The position numbers and the translations under genes were made by a program. Below, in pieces: positions 46,495 through 54,912 of a stretch of 64,000 bases of DNA. The DNA is from Candidatus Latescibacterota bacterium (GTDB taxonomy: Bacteria; Latescibacterota; UBA2968; UBA8231). Numbering within the stretch: the first letter of the stretch is position 1; each line of letters opens with the position of its first letter. The notes under the pieces are model-generated. The model had not been told where the DNA came from. It searched no databases and saw only the letters and a list, made by a program, of their open reading frames with translations. The stretch covers positions 2,592,001 through 2,656,000 of the forward strand of contig OZ242005.1 of assembly GCA_965204725.1 (NCBI GenBank), read 5' to 3'.

Positions 46495-48387
46495 TTAGAC
46501 CGAGGCCGCGGTCAGGTTACAGGGCATGGGTTTGAATTGGCAACCCTCGACGAAGAGTTCAAAAAAGTCGGGGGTCGTCTCCAACTCGACATGCTCAATG
46601 CGCTTGGCCAGCGCTTCGATGCGGGCGCGTTTGCCAGCCGAGAGCAGCACTTCGCGCGCCCCTTGGACAGCGGCATTGCCCACCTTGGCGATTTGCGCTG
46701 GGGGTACGGGGGCCAAAAAGCCGATGTCAATGGCGGCTTGGACATCGACAAAGTTGGCAAAGCCGCCGGCGAGATAGAGCTGTTGCACGTCGCCCGGCGC
46801 GAGGCCCAAGGTCCGCAAGACGATGTACTGACCGCAGAAGTTGGCGGCTTTGGCTTGGGCTAGGTTTGAAGCGTCGAGGCGCGAGAAGGTGATGCCGCGC
46901 TCGGGGACGAGCTCAAACTGGCGCTTTTTGTCGGCAAAGACGCCCTTGGGGGTCATTAAGTCGTGGCGGCGCAACTCGGCGAGGAGGTCAATTAGCCCGG
47001 AGCCGCACAGCCCGGCCGGCGCGGTGTTGCCAATGGTTTTCCACTGCCAGCGCGCACCGTCCCAGCGGATGGATTCAATGGCTCCGTCGCACCCGGGCAT
47101 CCCATAGGTGATGCCGCCGCCCTCAAAGGCCGGGCCGGCCGGGCAAGAGGCCGCGACGAGACGGCCTTGGTGCGCGACGACGACTTCGGTGTTGGTCCCC
47201 ACATCGACCAGCATCGCGCTCTCACTGGAAAGGTCCATATCAACGGCGACTAGGTCGGCGGCCACGTCCGCGCCGACGTGGCTGGCGATTAGCGGTAGCG
47301 AGTACGCCCGCGCTTTGGGATTGGCCTTCAGACCGAGGCGGCGGGTCTTTTCGACTAGGCTGGTCGCGGTGCGCTCGCCGCTTAGATATGCGTGCTCAAT
47401 GCGCGACTTGTAGGGCTTTTGGCCAATGCTCTGCACGTCGAGGCGGAAGAGGATGTCGCGCATCGTCGAGTTGCCGGCGACCGCGATCTCGTAAATCTCC
47501 TGCCGCACAAAGCCGCCGCGCCGGCAGAGGCCCTCGATCTCGTGGTTAAGGGCCTTGACCAAGGCTTGGCGCAATTCGCCGGGGTGTTGCCCGTCGTAGG
47601 AAATGCGGTGCATGATGTCGCTGCCGCCAAAGCGCTGTGGGTTTTCAAACGCGCTCAAATGCACGCTCTCACCCGTCTCTAAATCGACTAGGTCGAGGAC
47701 AATGGTGGTGGTGCCCAAGTCAATGGCGAGGCCGTAGAGATGGCCGCGGTATTGGTCGATTTCCTCGTCGCCGTAGTAGATGGCTTGCCCGCGCCGCTGG
47801 ACTATCGGGTCGATCTCGGCGGGCCGCTCAACGGTTTGGGTTAGAATCCGGGGCGTGCGAAAAAGCGGTGCAAACTCGATATCCACATCGGCGTCTGCGA
47901 CTTGGGCTTGGCAGGCGAGCCGGAACTCGCCGCGGAGGAAGTCCTCGGCCGGCGTGGGCGCGTTGAGGGCCTGTGCCCCGCTTGTGACCTCGACGATGCA
48001 CTCGTGGCAGTGGCCCGTGCGCCCGCAGGAGGTCGGCACTCGCGCACCGAGTTGATCGGCGTAGTCGAAGAGGGTGCCGCCGGTCGATAGTGGGTACGAG
48101 GTGCCGTCGCAGCGGATGTGCCCGCGGCCGGTTGCGGCCGGGCGTTGAGCCGACTCCCAAGCCGAGCGATAGTCGAGCTGGTCGTCGCCGCCGCACTGGA
48201 ACAGCCCGCCCGGGTTTTGCGGCTTGCGCTGATTGCGGCAGCCAAAGTGGGCGGTGCATTGGTCAAAGCGGTTCTTGTACGGGCAGCGGAAGGTCGCCTG
48301 TTCGTCGGCATGGGTGGCGATGCCGGCGAGGATGCCCGACAGGCGGTCGAGACGCTTTTGGTATTCTTGGGGGTCGATTTGGGTCAT
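46495..48387 (-). CDS. ASKHA-family reductive activator of corrinoid proteins (RACo/RamA-like) with 2Fe-2S domain
   Basis: CGRTGHCHEC...RLACQ, AIDLGTTT, DVGTNTE, AGPAFEG, GLCGSG, LAGGF. Confidence 0.9.
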   Translation of the reverse strand: MTQIDPQEYQKRLDRLSGILAGIATHADEQATFRCPYKNRFDQCTAHFGCRNQRKPQNPGGLFQCGGDDQLDYRSAWESAQRPAATGRGHIRCDGTSYPLSTGGTLFDYADQLGARVPTSCGRTGHCHECIVEVTSGAQALNAPTPAEDFLRGEFRLACQAQVADADVDIEFAPLFRTPRILTQTVERPAEIDPIVQRRGQAIYYGDEEIDQYRGHLYGLAIDLGTTTIVLDLVDLETGESVHLSAFENPQRFGGSDIMHRISYDGQHPGELRQALVKALNHEIEGLCRRGGFVRQEIYEIAVAGNSTMRDILFRLDVQSIGQKPYKSRIEHAYLSGERTATSLVEKTRRLGLKANPKARAYSLPLIASHVGADVAADLVAVDMDLSSESAMLVDVGTNTEVVVAHQGRLVAASCPAGPAFEGGGITYGMPGCDGAIESIRWDGARWQWKTIGNTAPAGLCGSGLIDLLAELRRHDLMTPKGVFADKKRQFELVPERGITFSRLDASNLAQAKAANFCGQYIVLRTLGLAPGDVQQLYLAGGFANFVDVQAAIDIGFLAPVPPAQIAKVGNAAVQGAREVLLSAGKRARIEALAKRIEHVELETTPDFFELFVEGCQFKPMPCNLTAASV

Positions 48388-48399
48388 GGACAGGCGTCG

Positions 48400-48726
48400 T
48401 TATCGCTCAGCAGTGCATTGTGGCAATGGCTCGATCTGAGCCAGTTCGTCTCGATATTGCTGCTCCAACTCCCAAATATCTCTGGCGTGTTGGGCCTTCA
48501 GCCAAAACTCAGGAGAGTTCCCGAACAAACGGGATAGTTTCAAGGCCATGATGGACGAAATAGCGCACTGCTCTTGCAAAAGTTCGCGGACGGTCTGTCG
48601 AGATTCACCCAACTCAGCGGCCAAAGAGTCTGCCGTTAGTGTGTAGTCGGGAAGAAAATCTTCTCTTAGCATCGCCCCAGGATGCGTGGGCGGGATGGTG
48701 CGTTTTTGAGCATTCGCAATAGCCAT
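48400..48726 (-). CDS. higA: HigA-family antitoxin (XRE HTH), orphan
   Basis: PTHPGAMLREDFL, MALKLSRLFGNSPEFWL.AQ. Confidence 0.88.
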   Translation of the reverse strand: MAIANAQKRTIPPTHPGAMLREDFLPDYTLTADSLAAELGESRQTVRELLQEQCAISSIMALKLSRLFGNSPEFWLKAQHARDIWELEQQYRDELAQIEPLPQCTAER

Positions 48727-48759
48727 TCGTCTGTATAGATCCGTTGGAGTTCCTTTGAC

Positions 48760-49125
48760 TCAGGCCATTTGATTTTTTTTGGGCGCGACCGATCGCGGCG
48801 ATAAAACCAAGGATATTCGATGTAAAAGCTCATGTAGCTCTTCGGCGATCTCTGGATGTGGATTTTGATTGAGGGCTTGGGTTGCGATCTCCTTAGCCTT
48901 TTGCGGCTGGTTACAGTCCAATGCAAGCGTCGCAGCACTGCGGTGTAGCACCGAGTTCGTCGGCTCGATTCGTCCCTCTACTTCTAATTGAGCGATCGCC
49001 GCAAGTTCGTATTCCAATGCTTGCACAAAAAATTCATGTGCCTGTGCTCGCTGGCCTTGGATACGCGCTACAAAAGCGCGTTCGGCAAACTCCATAGCCT
49101 TATTGTGGAAATCGCGAACATTCAT
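48760..49125 (-). CDS. Small all-helical (TPR-like) hypothetical protein
   Basis: HNKAMEFAE, ALEYELAA, VLHRSAATLALDC; ATGA overlap with the upstream gene. Confidence 0.75.
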   Translation of the reverse strand: MNVRDFHNKAMEFAERAFVARIQGQRAQAHEFFVQALEYELAAIAQLEVEGRIEPTNSVLHRSAATLALDCNQPQKAKEIATQALNQNPHPEIAEELHELLHRISLVLSPRSVAPKKNQMA

Positions 49126-49637
49126 TTTTTCTGCACCTCAGCAAGGGGTCGTCCAAACTCAACTACGATTACGTACGCTGGTAATAGCCCGTCAGATCGG
49201 TCTGTTTGTCTTAGCTTCTGCCTCATTCTCGCTTGCACATCGCGGTCACTACCCTTGCGAATCCCCGATATTTCCAGCCGAGCTTCGTGCTGAAAAGGGG
49301 CATCTGTCCCTTCGCCCATCCAGTAGTCAAAGCCAGTACCTTTCCACGAACGCTCGAGCACTGTATAACCGATCTCCTTCTTCACCAGTAAAACCGCAAT
49401 ACCCACCGCACCGTGTTCAGTGGCAATCTCATGGTCATTCCAACACCTGCGGGTTTGTTCCGTAATTATAGGCCATGTCAAGGAATAGCTTTTATAGCTA
49501 TATCCTCGGACGCTAAGTTGGACACCTTGCGCGTGGCCTTGTGACTCCAAACATACGCCTCCGGCCTCTGCCAGTGCCATGCCAAAGCTCGGCGTGATAG
49601 CCGGAAGGCCATTACCAAGATCGTTCAAATCTAGCAT
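49122..49637 (-). CDS. Putative PD-(D/E)XK nuclease-fold protein
   Basis: ATEHGA...KGTGFDYW...ARLEISG...K..Q...YVIVVEF. Confidence 0.6.
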   Translation of the reverse strand: MLDLNDLGNGLPAITPSFGMALAEAGGVCLESQGHAQGVQLSVRGYSYKSYSLTWPIITEQTRRCWNDHEIATEHGAVGIAVLLVKKEIGYTVLERSWKGTGFDYWMGEGTDAPFQHEARLEISGIRKGSDRDVQARMRQKLRQTDRSDGLLPAYVIVVEFGRPLAEVQKK

Positions 49638-49710
49638 AACTGAGATTGTGGTTCTCTACTTTAGCAGTTCCTTTTGAGTCATAGGAGGCTGGGCGCATTA
49701 GCGGGGTGCG

Positions 49711-50466
49711 CTACTCGTCCGCAACTTCGCTCAGCAATTCCTTGGCCAAGGACACGCAGGCGAGGGCGTCCTTGCCGTAGCCGTCGGCGCCCATGTCGTC
49801 GGCAAATTCTTGGGTCACAGGCGCGCCGCCGACCATGATTTTGACGTCGTCGCGCAAGTCGGCGTCGATGAAAGCCTCAATGGTCTTGCCCATGTTGGGC
49901 ATGGTGGTGGTCAACAGGGCCGACATGCCCAAGAGCGGCGCTTCGTGCTCTTCGACCGAGTCGATGAACTCGTCTTCGGAGGTATCGACGCCGAGGTCGT
50001 GGACGACAAAGCCGGCCCCGCGCAGCATCATAATGCACAAGTTTTTGCCGATGTCGTGCAGATCGCCCTTGACCGTGCCCATGATCACAATGCCGATGGG
50101 CTCGACGCCCGAGGCCGAGAGAATCGGCTCGATGTGAGCCATGCCGGCCTTCATGGCGCGGGCGCAGGCGAGCACTTCGGGAACGAAGATGAAGTTTTCG
50201 CGGAATTTGATGCCGACGATGGCCATGCCAGCAATCAGCCCGTCGTCCATGACTTCGAGGGCCTCCACGCCCGCGGCAATGGCTTGGCCGGTCAGCTCGT
50301 CAACCGTTTGGTGGTTGCCGTCGATGAGCGCGGCGGCGATATCCTGCATCGGTTCGCTCGCTTGGGCGAATAGATTGGTTATGCGCTCGCGCTCTTCGTC
50401 GCGCTCGATGAACTCCTCGATCTCGGCGCGGATAAATTCGTTGGCGATGTCGGTAAGGTCTGCCAT
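49711..50466 (-). CDS. Cobalamin-binding corrinoid protein
   Basis: FVPEVL, GTVKGDLHDIGKN, SALLTTTM, MVGGAP. Confidence 0.93.
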   Translation of the reverse strand: MADLTDIANEFIRAEIEEFIERDEERERITNLFAQASEPMQDIAAALIDGNHQTVDELTGQAIAAGVEALEVMDDGLIAGMAIVGIKFRENFIFVPEVLACARAMKAGMAHIEPILSASGVEPIGIVIMGTVKGDLHDIGKNLCIMMLRGAGFVVHDLGVDTSEDEFIDSVEEHEAPLLGMSALLTTTMPNMGKTIEAFIDADLRDDVKIMVGGAPVTQEFADDMGADGYGKDALACVSLAKELLSEVADE

Positions 50467-50476
50467 GATCTCTTCT

Positions 50477-51511
50477 TTAGTTACGCGCTCGACCCCGGTG
50501 CCACTCTAGCACCGTGCGGGGGATGGCTTTGAGGTTTTCGATGGAGGTCTGCAAGGGGATGGCGCACTCCGGGCCGATGAGCTGGACGCCGGCTTCGAGG
50601 TTGCGCACGACTTCGGCACCAACGGTTTCCGGCCCTTTGGCAAAGAGGGTCTCGGGGTTGTTGATGTTGCCGACTAACGAGATGCGGTCGCGCACGATTT
50701 GGGTGGATTCCTCGGGCGTGTTCTTGGAGTCGTAGTGGAAGGCCGCCATGCCGGTTTGGGCGATGTACTCCATGCGGTCCACCGTGCGGCCGCAGATGTG
50801 GAGGATGATGGGCACGGACAGCCGCTCGGCAAACTCAATGTGCAGGTCGCGCAGGTAGCGCTTGTAGTAGTCGCCGCTGACGAGGTCGCCGGTGGCGTGG
50901 TCGGGCAGGGTCAGCGCGTCGGCCCCGGCCTCAATTTGCGCTAGGCCAAACTCAATGGTGATCTCCTTCATGCGGTCGAGGCAGAGCTTGGTCTTGCCGG
51001 GGTCGTCGAGCGACAGCAGCAGAAAAGGCTCGACCCCGAAGCAGTGATAGCCCAGCGACCAAGGGCCCATGGTCTTGCCGACAATCGCGACTTCGTCGCC
51101 GTATTCGCGGCGCAAAATTTTGATCGCCTCGGTGACGCAGGCCGTGTCTGGGTGCGTACAGAGGTCGGCGGGGACGACGATGTCGTCGGGCTCGTGCCAG
51201 ATCGGCTCGCTCATGCGGACGGTGGGCCAATTGTCCTTCTGCTCCCACTGAATTTTGCATCCGAGGGCCGAGGACTCTTGGATGATGGTGAAAACCGGCA
51301 TGATGGTGTCAAAGCCCAGCTCGGTGTAGCTGGTCGCGGCCAGCCGCGCCATGAGTTCAGGCTCGCGGTTGGCCGCGGGAAAGGGGGCATCGACGAGGTC
51401 CATCAATTCAACGGTGGCCACCGAGGTCGGATTGCAGAGCGGGGTGCGGTCCACAGGCTCGCGGGCGAGGGCGGCGAGGACGCGCTCGCGGCTGGTCATC
51501 GAAGAGGGCAT
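50477..51511 (-). CDS. MtaA/CmuA-family (URO-D fold) methyltransferase
   Basis: MTSRERV, GPWSL, ILHICG, LVGNI, GPECAIP. Confidence 0.88.
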   Translation of the reverse strand: MPSSMTSRERVLAALAREPVDRTPLCNPTSVATVELMDLVDAPFPAANREPELMARLAATSYTELGFDTIMPVFTIIQESSALGCKIQWEQKDNWPTVRMSEPIWHEPDDIVVPADLCTHPDTACVTEAIKILRREYGDEVAIVGKTMGPWSLGYHCFGVEPFLLLSLDDPGKTKLCLDRMKEITIEFGLAQIEAGADALTLPDHATGDLVSGDYYKRYLRDLHIEFAERLSVPIILHICGRTVDRMEYIAQTGMAAFHYDSKNTPEESTQIVRDRISLVGNINNPETLFAKGPETVGAEVVRNLEAGVQLIGPECAIPLQTSIENLKAIPRTVLEWHRGRARN

Positions 51512-51521
51512 ATAGACTCCT

Positions 51522-52250
51522 TTACTCTTGGGCACTGGGGGCTGAGAGGACGCCGCGGCTGGCCATGGCTTCGGCCTCGCGCACGGCGGCGCGCACGTTG
51601 GGGGCGCGGACGAGCAAGAGGCCTATCAAGGCATCGTGCGCTGTGCCGCAGCCGAACCGGGCTTGGTTGGGTTGGTCGGCGACTTCGTCCATTTCGCCGA
51701 GGCGGATTAGGCCGCGGACGATGGTAGCGAGGCGACGTTCTATGCCTCGGGCCGGTTCGGTGGCGCGGGCTTCGTACAGGCCCTGCCCGAGGCTGGCGAC
51801 GGCGATGGTGGCGTTGGCCTTTTTGTCGAAGATGTGCAGGGGGCGCGGCTGTAGGGGCTGCGCTGGCGGCAGCTTGCAAGCCTCTAGGAAGAGCCGCTTG
51901 ACCGCGAGCCGATGGGCGTGGCCGCAGGAAAAGCCGAGCGGGTCGGCGGTTGCTGGTTCCACGCCCTCGCGCATCTGCATGGCACGGGCGACCCTAGAAG
52001 TGATCTCGCAGCAGGGGGCGGAAAAGCCGGGTGGGTCGGCGGTTGTTGGTTCCATGCCTCCGAGCACCTGCATGGCGCGGGCGACCCCGGCGACGCGCTC
52101 GGCCGCCCCGGGACGCCGGCTGTAGGTGTGAACTTGGTAGCAGGGCCGTCCGGGGCCTTCTGGGGCATAGAGCGCGATGGAAATGTCGTCGAAGTGGGGA
52201 TCCATAGAGACCAATTCGACGCGCTCGCCAAGGTCTAAAGTTTGTGCCAT
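51522..52250 (-). CDS. Hypothetical protein, first gene of the methyltransferase operon
   Basis: GAGGA RBS; ELVSMDPHF; contains an internal 31-aa duplication. Confidence 0.65.
   Translation of the reverse strand: MAQTLDLGERVELVSMDPHFDDISIALYAPEGPGRPCYQVHTYSRRPGAAERVAGVARAMQVLGGMEPTTADPPGFSAPCCEITSRVARAMQMREGVEPATADPLGFSCGHAHRLAVKRLFLEACKLPPAQPLQPRPLHIFDKKANATIAVASLGQGLYEARATEPARGIERRLATIVRGLIRLGEMDEVADQPNQARFGCGTAHDALIGLLLVRAPNVRAAVREAEAMASRGVLSAPSAQE
51928..52087. repeat. Imperfect in-frame direct repeat with 93-bp offset
   Basis: 51928-51994 versus 52021-52087; VARAMQ...EP.TADP.GFS twice. Confidence 0.85.
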
Positions 52251-52305
52251 CTGCATTCCTCTTGACAGCAAAGTGCTAGGTTGAGTACTGTTAGCAAAAT
52301 AGCTA

Positions 52306-52318
52306 ATGGTCTGACCAT
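52306..52318. promoter_or_regulatory. FadR/GntR-type operator palindrome ATGGTCTGACCAT
   Basis: TGGT-N3-ACCA core between divergent genes; TTGACA at 52262 and TACTGT at 52286 nearby. Confidence 0.7.
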
Positions 52319-52373
52319 CGGCAAATGTTTTTTCCGCCATCCGCGATTGAATGCCTTGACCGACTCTGCCAAC

Positions 52374-53075
52374 ATGCGCCCGGTGCAGCGCACGTCCGTA
52401 AGCGACGCGATTATCGCGCAGATAACCGACTTAATCGAGCGCAACGTCCTCAAGCCCGGCGACCGGCTGCCGCCAGAGCGCGAGCTGTGCAAGCGCTTTC
52501 AGGTTGGGCGGTCCTCCCTGCGCGAAGCCCTGCGCTCGTTGTCCATGATGGGCCTGCTCGAAGGCCGCGTGGGCGAGGGCACCTTTGTCTGCGACAAGGG
52601 CCAATACGTGGAGCGGGCGTTGCAATGGGGGTTTTTGCTCGACCGCAAGAAGCTGCAAGACCTGAGCGAGACGCGGATGATGCTCGAGTCGCAAAACGCC
52701 TATTTGGCGGCCGAGCGGGCCACGCCCGCGGACTTGGCAGCTATGGCCGACGCGCTGGCCGGCATGGCCGAGGGGCTGGCCGACGCGGGACGCTTTCTCG
52801 CCAGCGATTTGCAGTTCCACCTGCTTATCGCCCGGGCCACGCACAATTCCATTCTCTACAGCTTGCTCGAAACCACGCGCAACTATCTACAAGAATGGAT
52901 CAAGGAGAGCCTAGCGGAGCCGTCGCTGGCTGGCCCCCGAGCCGAACTGTCGCTGGCGCAGCACCGCCAGATCTTGGCGGCATTGCAGCGGCGGGATGCC
53001 GAGGCCGCACGGCAGGCGATGGCGGCGCACATTCGATCTAGCAGCGGGGATTTGGCCGAGAAGGTGCGGGGGTGA
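52374..53075 (+). CDS. FadR/GntR-family transcriptional regulator
   Basis: LKPGDRLPPEREL, VGRSSLREAL, GEGTFV; FCD motif DLQFH...AHI. Confidence 0.93.
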   Translation: MRPVQRTSVSDAIIAQITDLIERNVLKPGDRLPPERELCKRFQVGRSSLREALRSLSMMGLLEGRVGEGTFVCDKGQYVERALQWGFLLDRKKLQDLSETRMMLESQNAYLAAERATPADLAAMADALAGMAEGLADAGRFLASDLQFHLLIARATHNSILYSLLETTRNYLQEWIKESLAEPSLAGPRAELSLAQHRQILAALQRRDAEAARQAMAAHIRSSSGDLAEKVRG

Positions 53076-53087
53076 GGGGGAAGGGGT

Positions 53088-53114
53088 TGGGGCAGACGCG
53101 GCGATCTGCCCCAA
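53088..53114. terminator. Hairpin between convergent genes
   Basis: TTGGGGCAGA / TCTGCCCCAA perfect 10-bp stem. Confidence 0.55.
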
Positions 53115-53132
53115 TGGTTTGGGTGGCGGCAG

Positions 53133-53813
53133 TTAGGCTTCGCCCTCGCTTTCGCTGGCAGGTTCCCCCAGACTGCTACCAACTCTGACAATGCCTATCC
53201 TAGGTCCCGAGATAACGGTAGCGGCTTGCAAGAACAGTAAGTTCGCTTCCTCGTCCCGGTATGGCGTCAGTTGGACGCAGGTTATCAGATTGTCGCTAGC
53301 GGCTTTTTCGTTGAGCCACAAGACAGCGGAGCGCACTGGCGGCGCGAACCTGTGACTGACCAGAATGATGCGCTGGTCGTGATTCAGCGCATTGAGGTCT
53401 TCGTCATTGATATGTTCCAGCAGGGCGCTCTCGGCTTCCTCAGCCGATATACCTTTATAGCGGGCCAATATATCGACGATTTGTTCCACCTTGGCACGGG
53501 CGAAATAGCTGGCGTAGCGGACAGCTTGCCAATGAACGTCCTCCCCTGAGTCGTCGCGCTTTAGCTCGATGACGACCAGTTTTCCCTCTCTATCTACGGC
53601 CAGCAGGTCCGGTCGCTCGTTGGTTTGGTCAAAGCCGCTGAACTCTTTGCCAATTATCAACAGGTCTCTGCCCAAGACTCTGGGATGGTCGGCGATCCAC
53701 TCCTGAATGTCTGGTCGCTCCCTCAAGTCCAAATCGGCGAAATCTACTTCTTCTAGTGGTTGGGTGTCCTTGTTCCTAGGATTGATGCGAAACATCTGCG
53801 GTCCGTTGCTCAT
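53133..53813 (-). CDS. NucS/DUF91-like PD-(D/E)XK endonuclease domain protein
   Basis: ERPDIQEWI, IIGKE, RPDLLAVD...VVIELKRD, QAVRY. Confidence 0.8.
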   Translation of the reverse strand: MSNGPQMFRINPRNKDTQPLEEVDFADLDLRERPDIQEWIADHPRVLGRDLLIIGKEFSGFDQTNERPDLLAVDREGKLVVIELKRDDSGEDVHWQAVRYASYFARAKVEQIVDILARYKGISAEEAESALLEHINDEDLNALNHDQRIILVSHRFAPPVRSAVLWLNEKAASDNLITCVQLTPYRDEEANLLFLQAATVISGPRIGIVRVGSSLGEPASESEGEA

Positions 53814-53898
53814 CTTTCGTCCTCTCGTTTTGGGTTAGAAACGCGGCACTTCACCGCGCCTACAGGGGGGCCGTGCGTACCATCAGGTCTTTAAGTTA

Positions 53899-54903
53899 TT
53901 ACCCGTCAATCAGGGTCCGGTTGACGAACTCGGTGACGTCCTCAATGCGCCCCAACCCGGTTAAAATCAGGCTCTGGGCAATGCGCCGCGACAGTCCGAT
54001 GATGCGCTCGTCGCCCAGCCCGACCGGCTGGCGACCGTCGGTCGCGCTCAGCAGCAGGCAGCCGAGGTCGTGGACGGCTCGGTGCTTGACTTCCTCGACC
54101 TGCTCGTAGCTCGCGCCCTCAAAATAGCTGTTCCAGAATACATTGACCGCTTCTAAATAGGCGGCTTTTTGGGCGGTGTTCTGCATGGCCTTGATGCACA
54201 TATCGGCCGTGTAGAAGGCGAGGTCAAAGGTGGGATAACCGTAGTGAGCGGTGGCGAAATCAACCCAATAGGGATGGCCGTGGACGACCCAGACGTTGCG
54301 GGGCCGCAAGTCGCCCAAGACGAGGCAAAACCCCTCGTTGAGCAGGCGGTTGGTGTGGATGGCAATGACCTTTTTGAGATCGGGATAGGCGTTGGCGATG
54401 TAGTTGTAGAGCGGGTCGATGCGGAGTTGATCAAATGCCTTGGTGGCGGCAAACGCGGCCGCAACCTCAGCCGAGCCAGCCGTCTCGTTGTGAACGGTGG
54501 CCAACAGCTCGCCGCACTGGACGGCGATTTGCAGGTTGATGCGGCCGTTGAGCAGGTCGCCTTCCCACGACAGGGCGTTGTGCGGCGGCGGGGTCGTCAC
54601 GAGGATGAAGTCCGTGCGGTCTTCGAGCAAGACTTGGGGGAGGACCTCGGGCGGGAGAAACTGCGTCAAAAGCTCAATGCAGCTTTTCTCGGCGAAGATG
54701 CGCCGCCGATCAATCCACCAGCGCTCCTTGATTTGGACGCGCGAGTGCGCCTGCTTGACGATCCAAGTCTGGTTGGCAGACTCCACGTAATACACCCGGT
54801 TTTTCAGCCCGTCGCTCAAGTCTTGGATGCGGACCGGGGCCACCTCGGCGATCAGTTTCTTGCGTTTCAGATACTCGGGTATAGCCTGTTTCTCTAGGTT
54901 CAT
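53899..54903 (-). CDS. APH/methylthioribose-kinase-like phosphotransferase
   Basis: GLKNRVY, IVKQA, LGDLRPRN, VDFATAHYG.P.FDL. Confidence 0.75.
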   Translation of the reverse strand: MNLEKQAIPEYLKRKKLIAEVAPVRIQDLSDGLKNRVYYVESANQTWIVKQAHSRVQIKERWWIDRRRIFAEKSCIELLTQFLPPEVLPQVLLEDRTDFILVTTPPPHNALSWEGDLLNGRINLQIAVQCGELLATVHNETAGSAEVAAAFAATKAFDQLRIDPLYNYIANAYPDLKKVIAIHTNRLLNEGFCLVLGDLRPRNVWVVHGHPYWVDFATAHYGYPTFDLAFYTADMCIKAMQNTAQKAAYLEAVNVFWNSYFEGASYEQVEEVKHRAVHDLGCLLLSATDGRQPVGLGDERIIGLSRRIAQSLILTGLGRIEDVTEFVNRTLIDG

Positions 54904-54912
54904 TGGCTTCTC

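Larger units (their letters stand above)
48403..49736. mobile_element. AT-richer cassette 3 bounded by 10-bp direct repeat TCGCTCAGCA
   Basis: Copies at 48403-48412 and 49727-49736; removing the cassette gives corrinoid gene ...ELLSDNDACP* with ATGA overlap onto the RACo start. Confidence 0.65.

Noticed and set aside
48727-48770. Possible higB remnant (SKELQRIYTD)
   Set aside because: Too short, no start codon or RBS, resemblance weak
53076-53898. Duplicated host-gene tail around the NucS-like gene
   Set aside because: No convincing repeat of either flanking gene's 3' end was found
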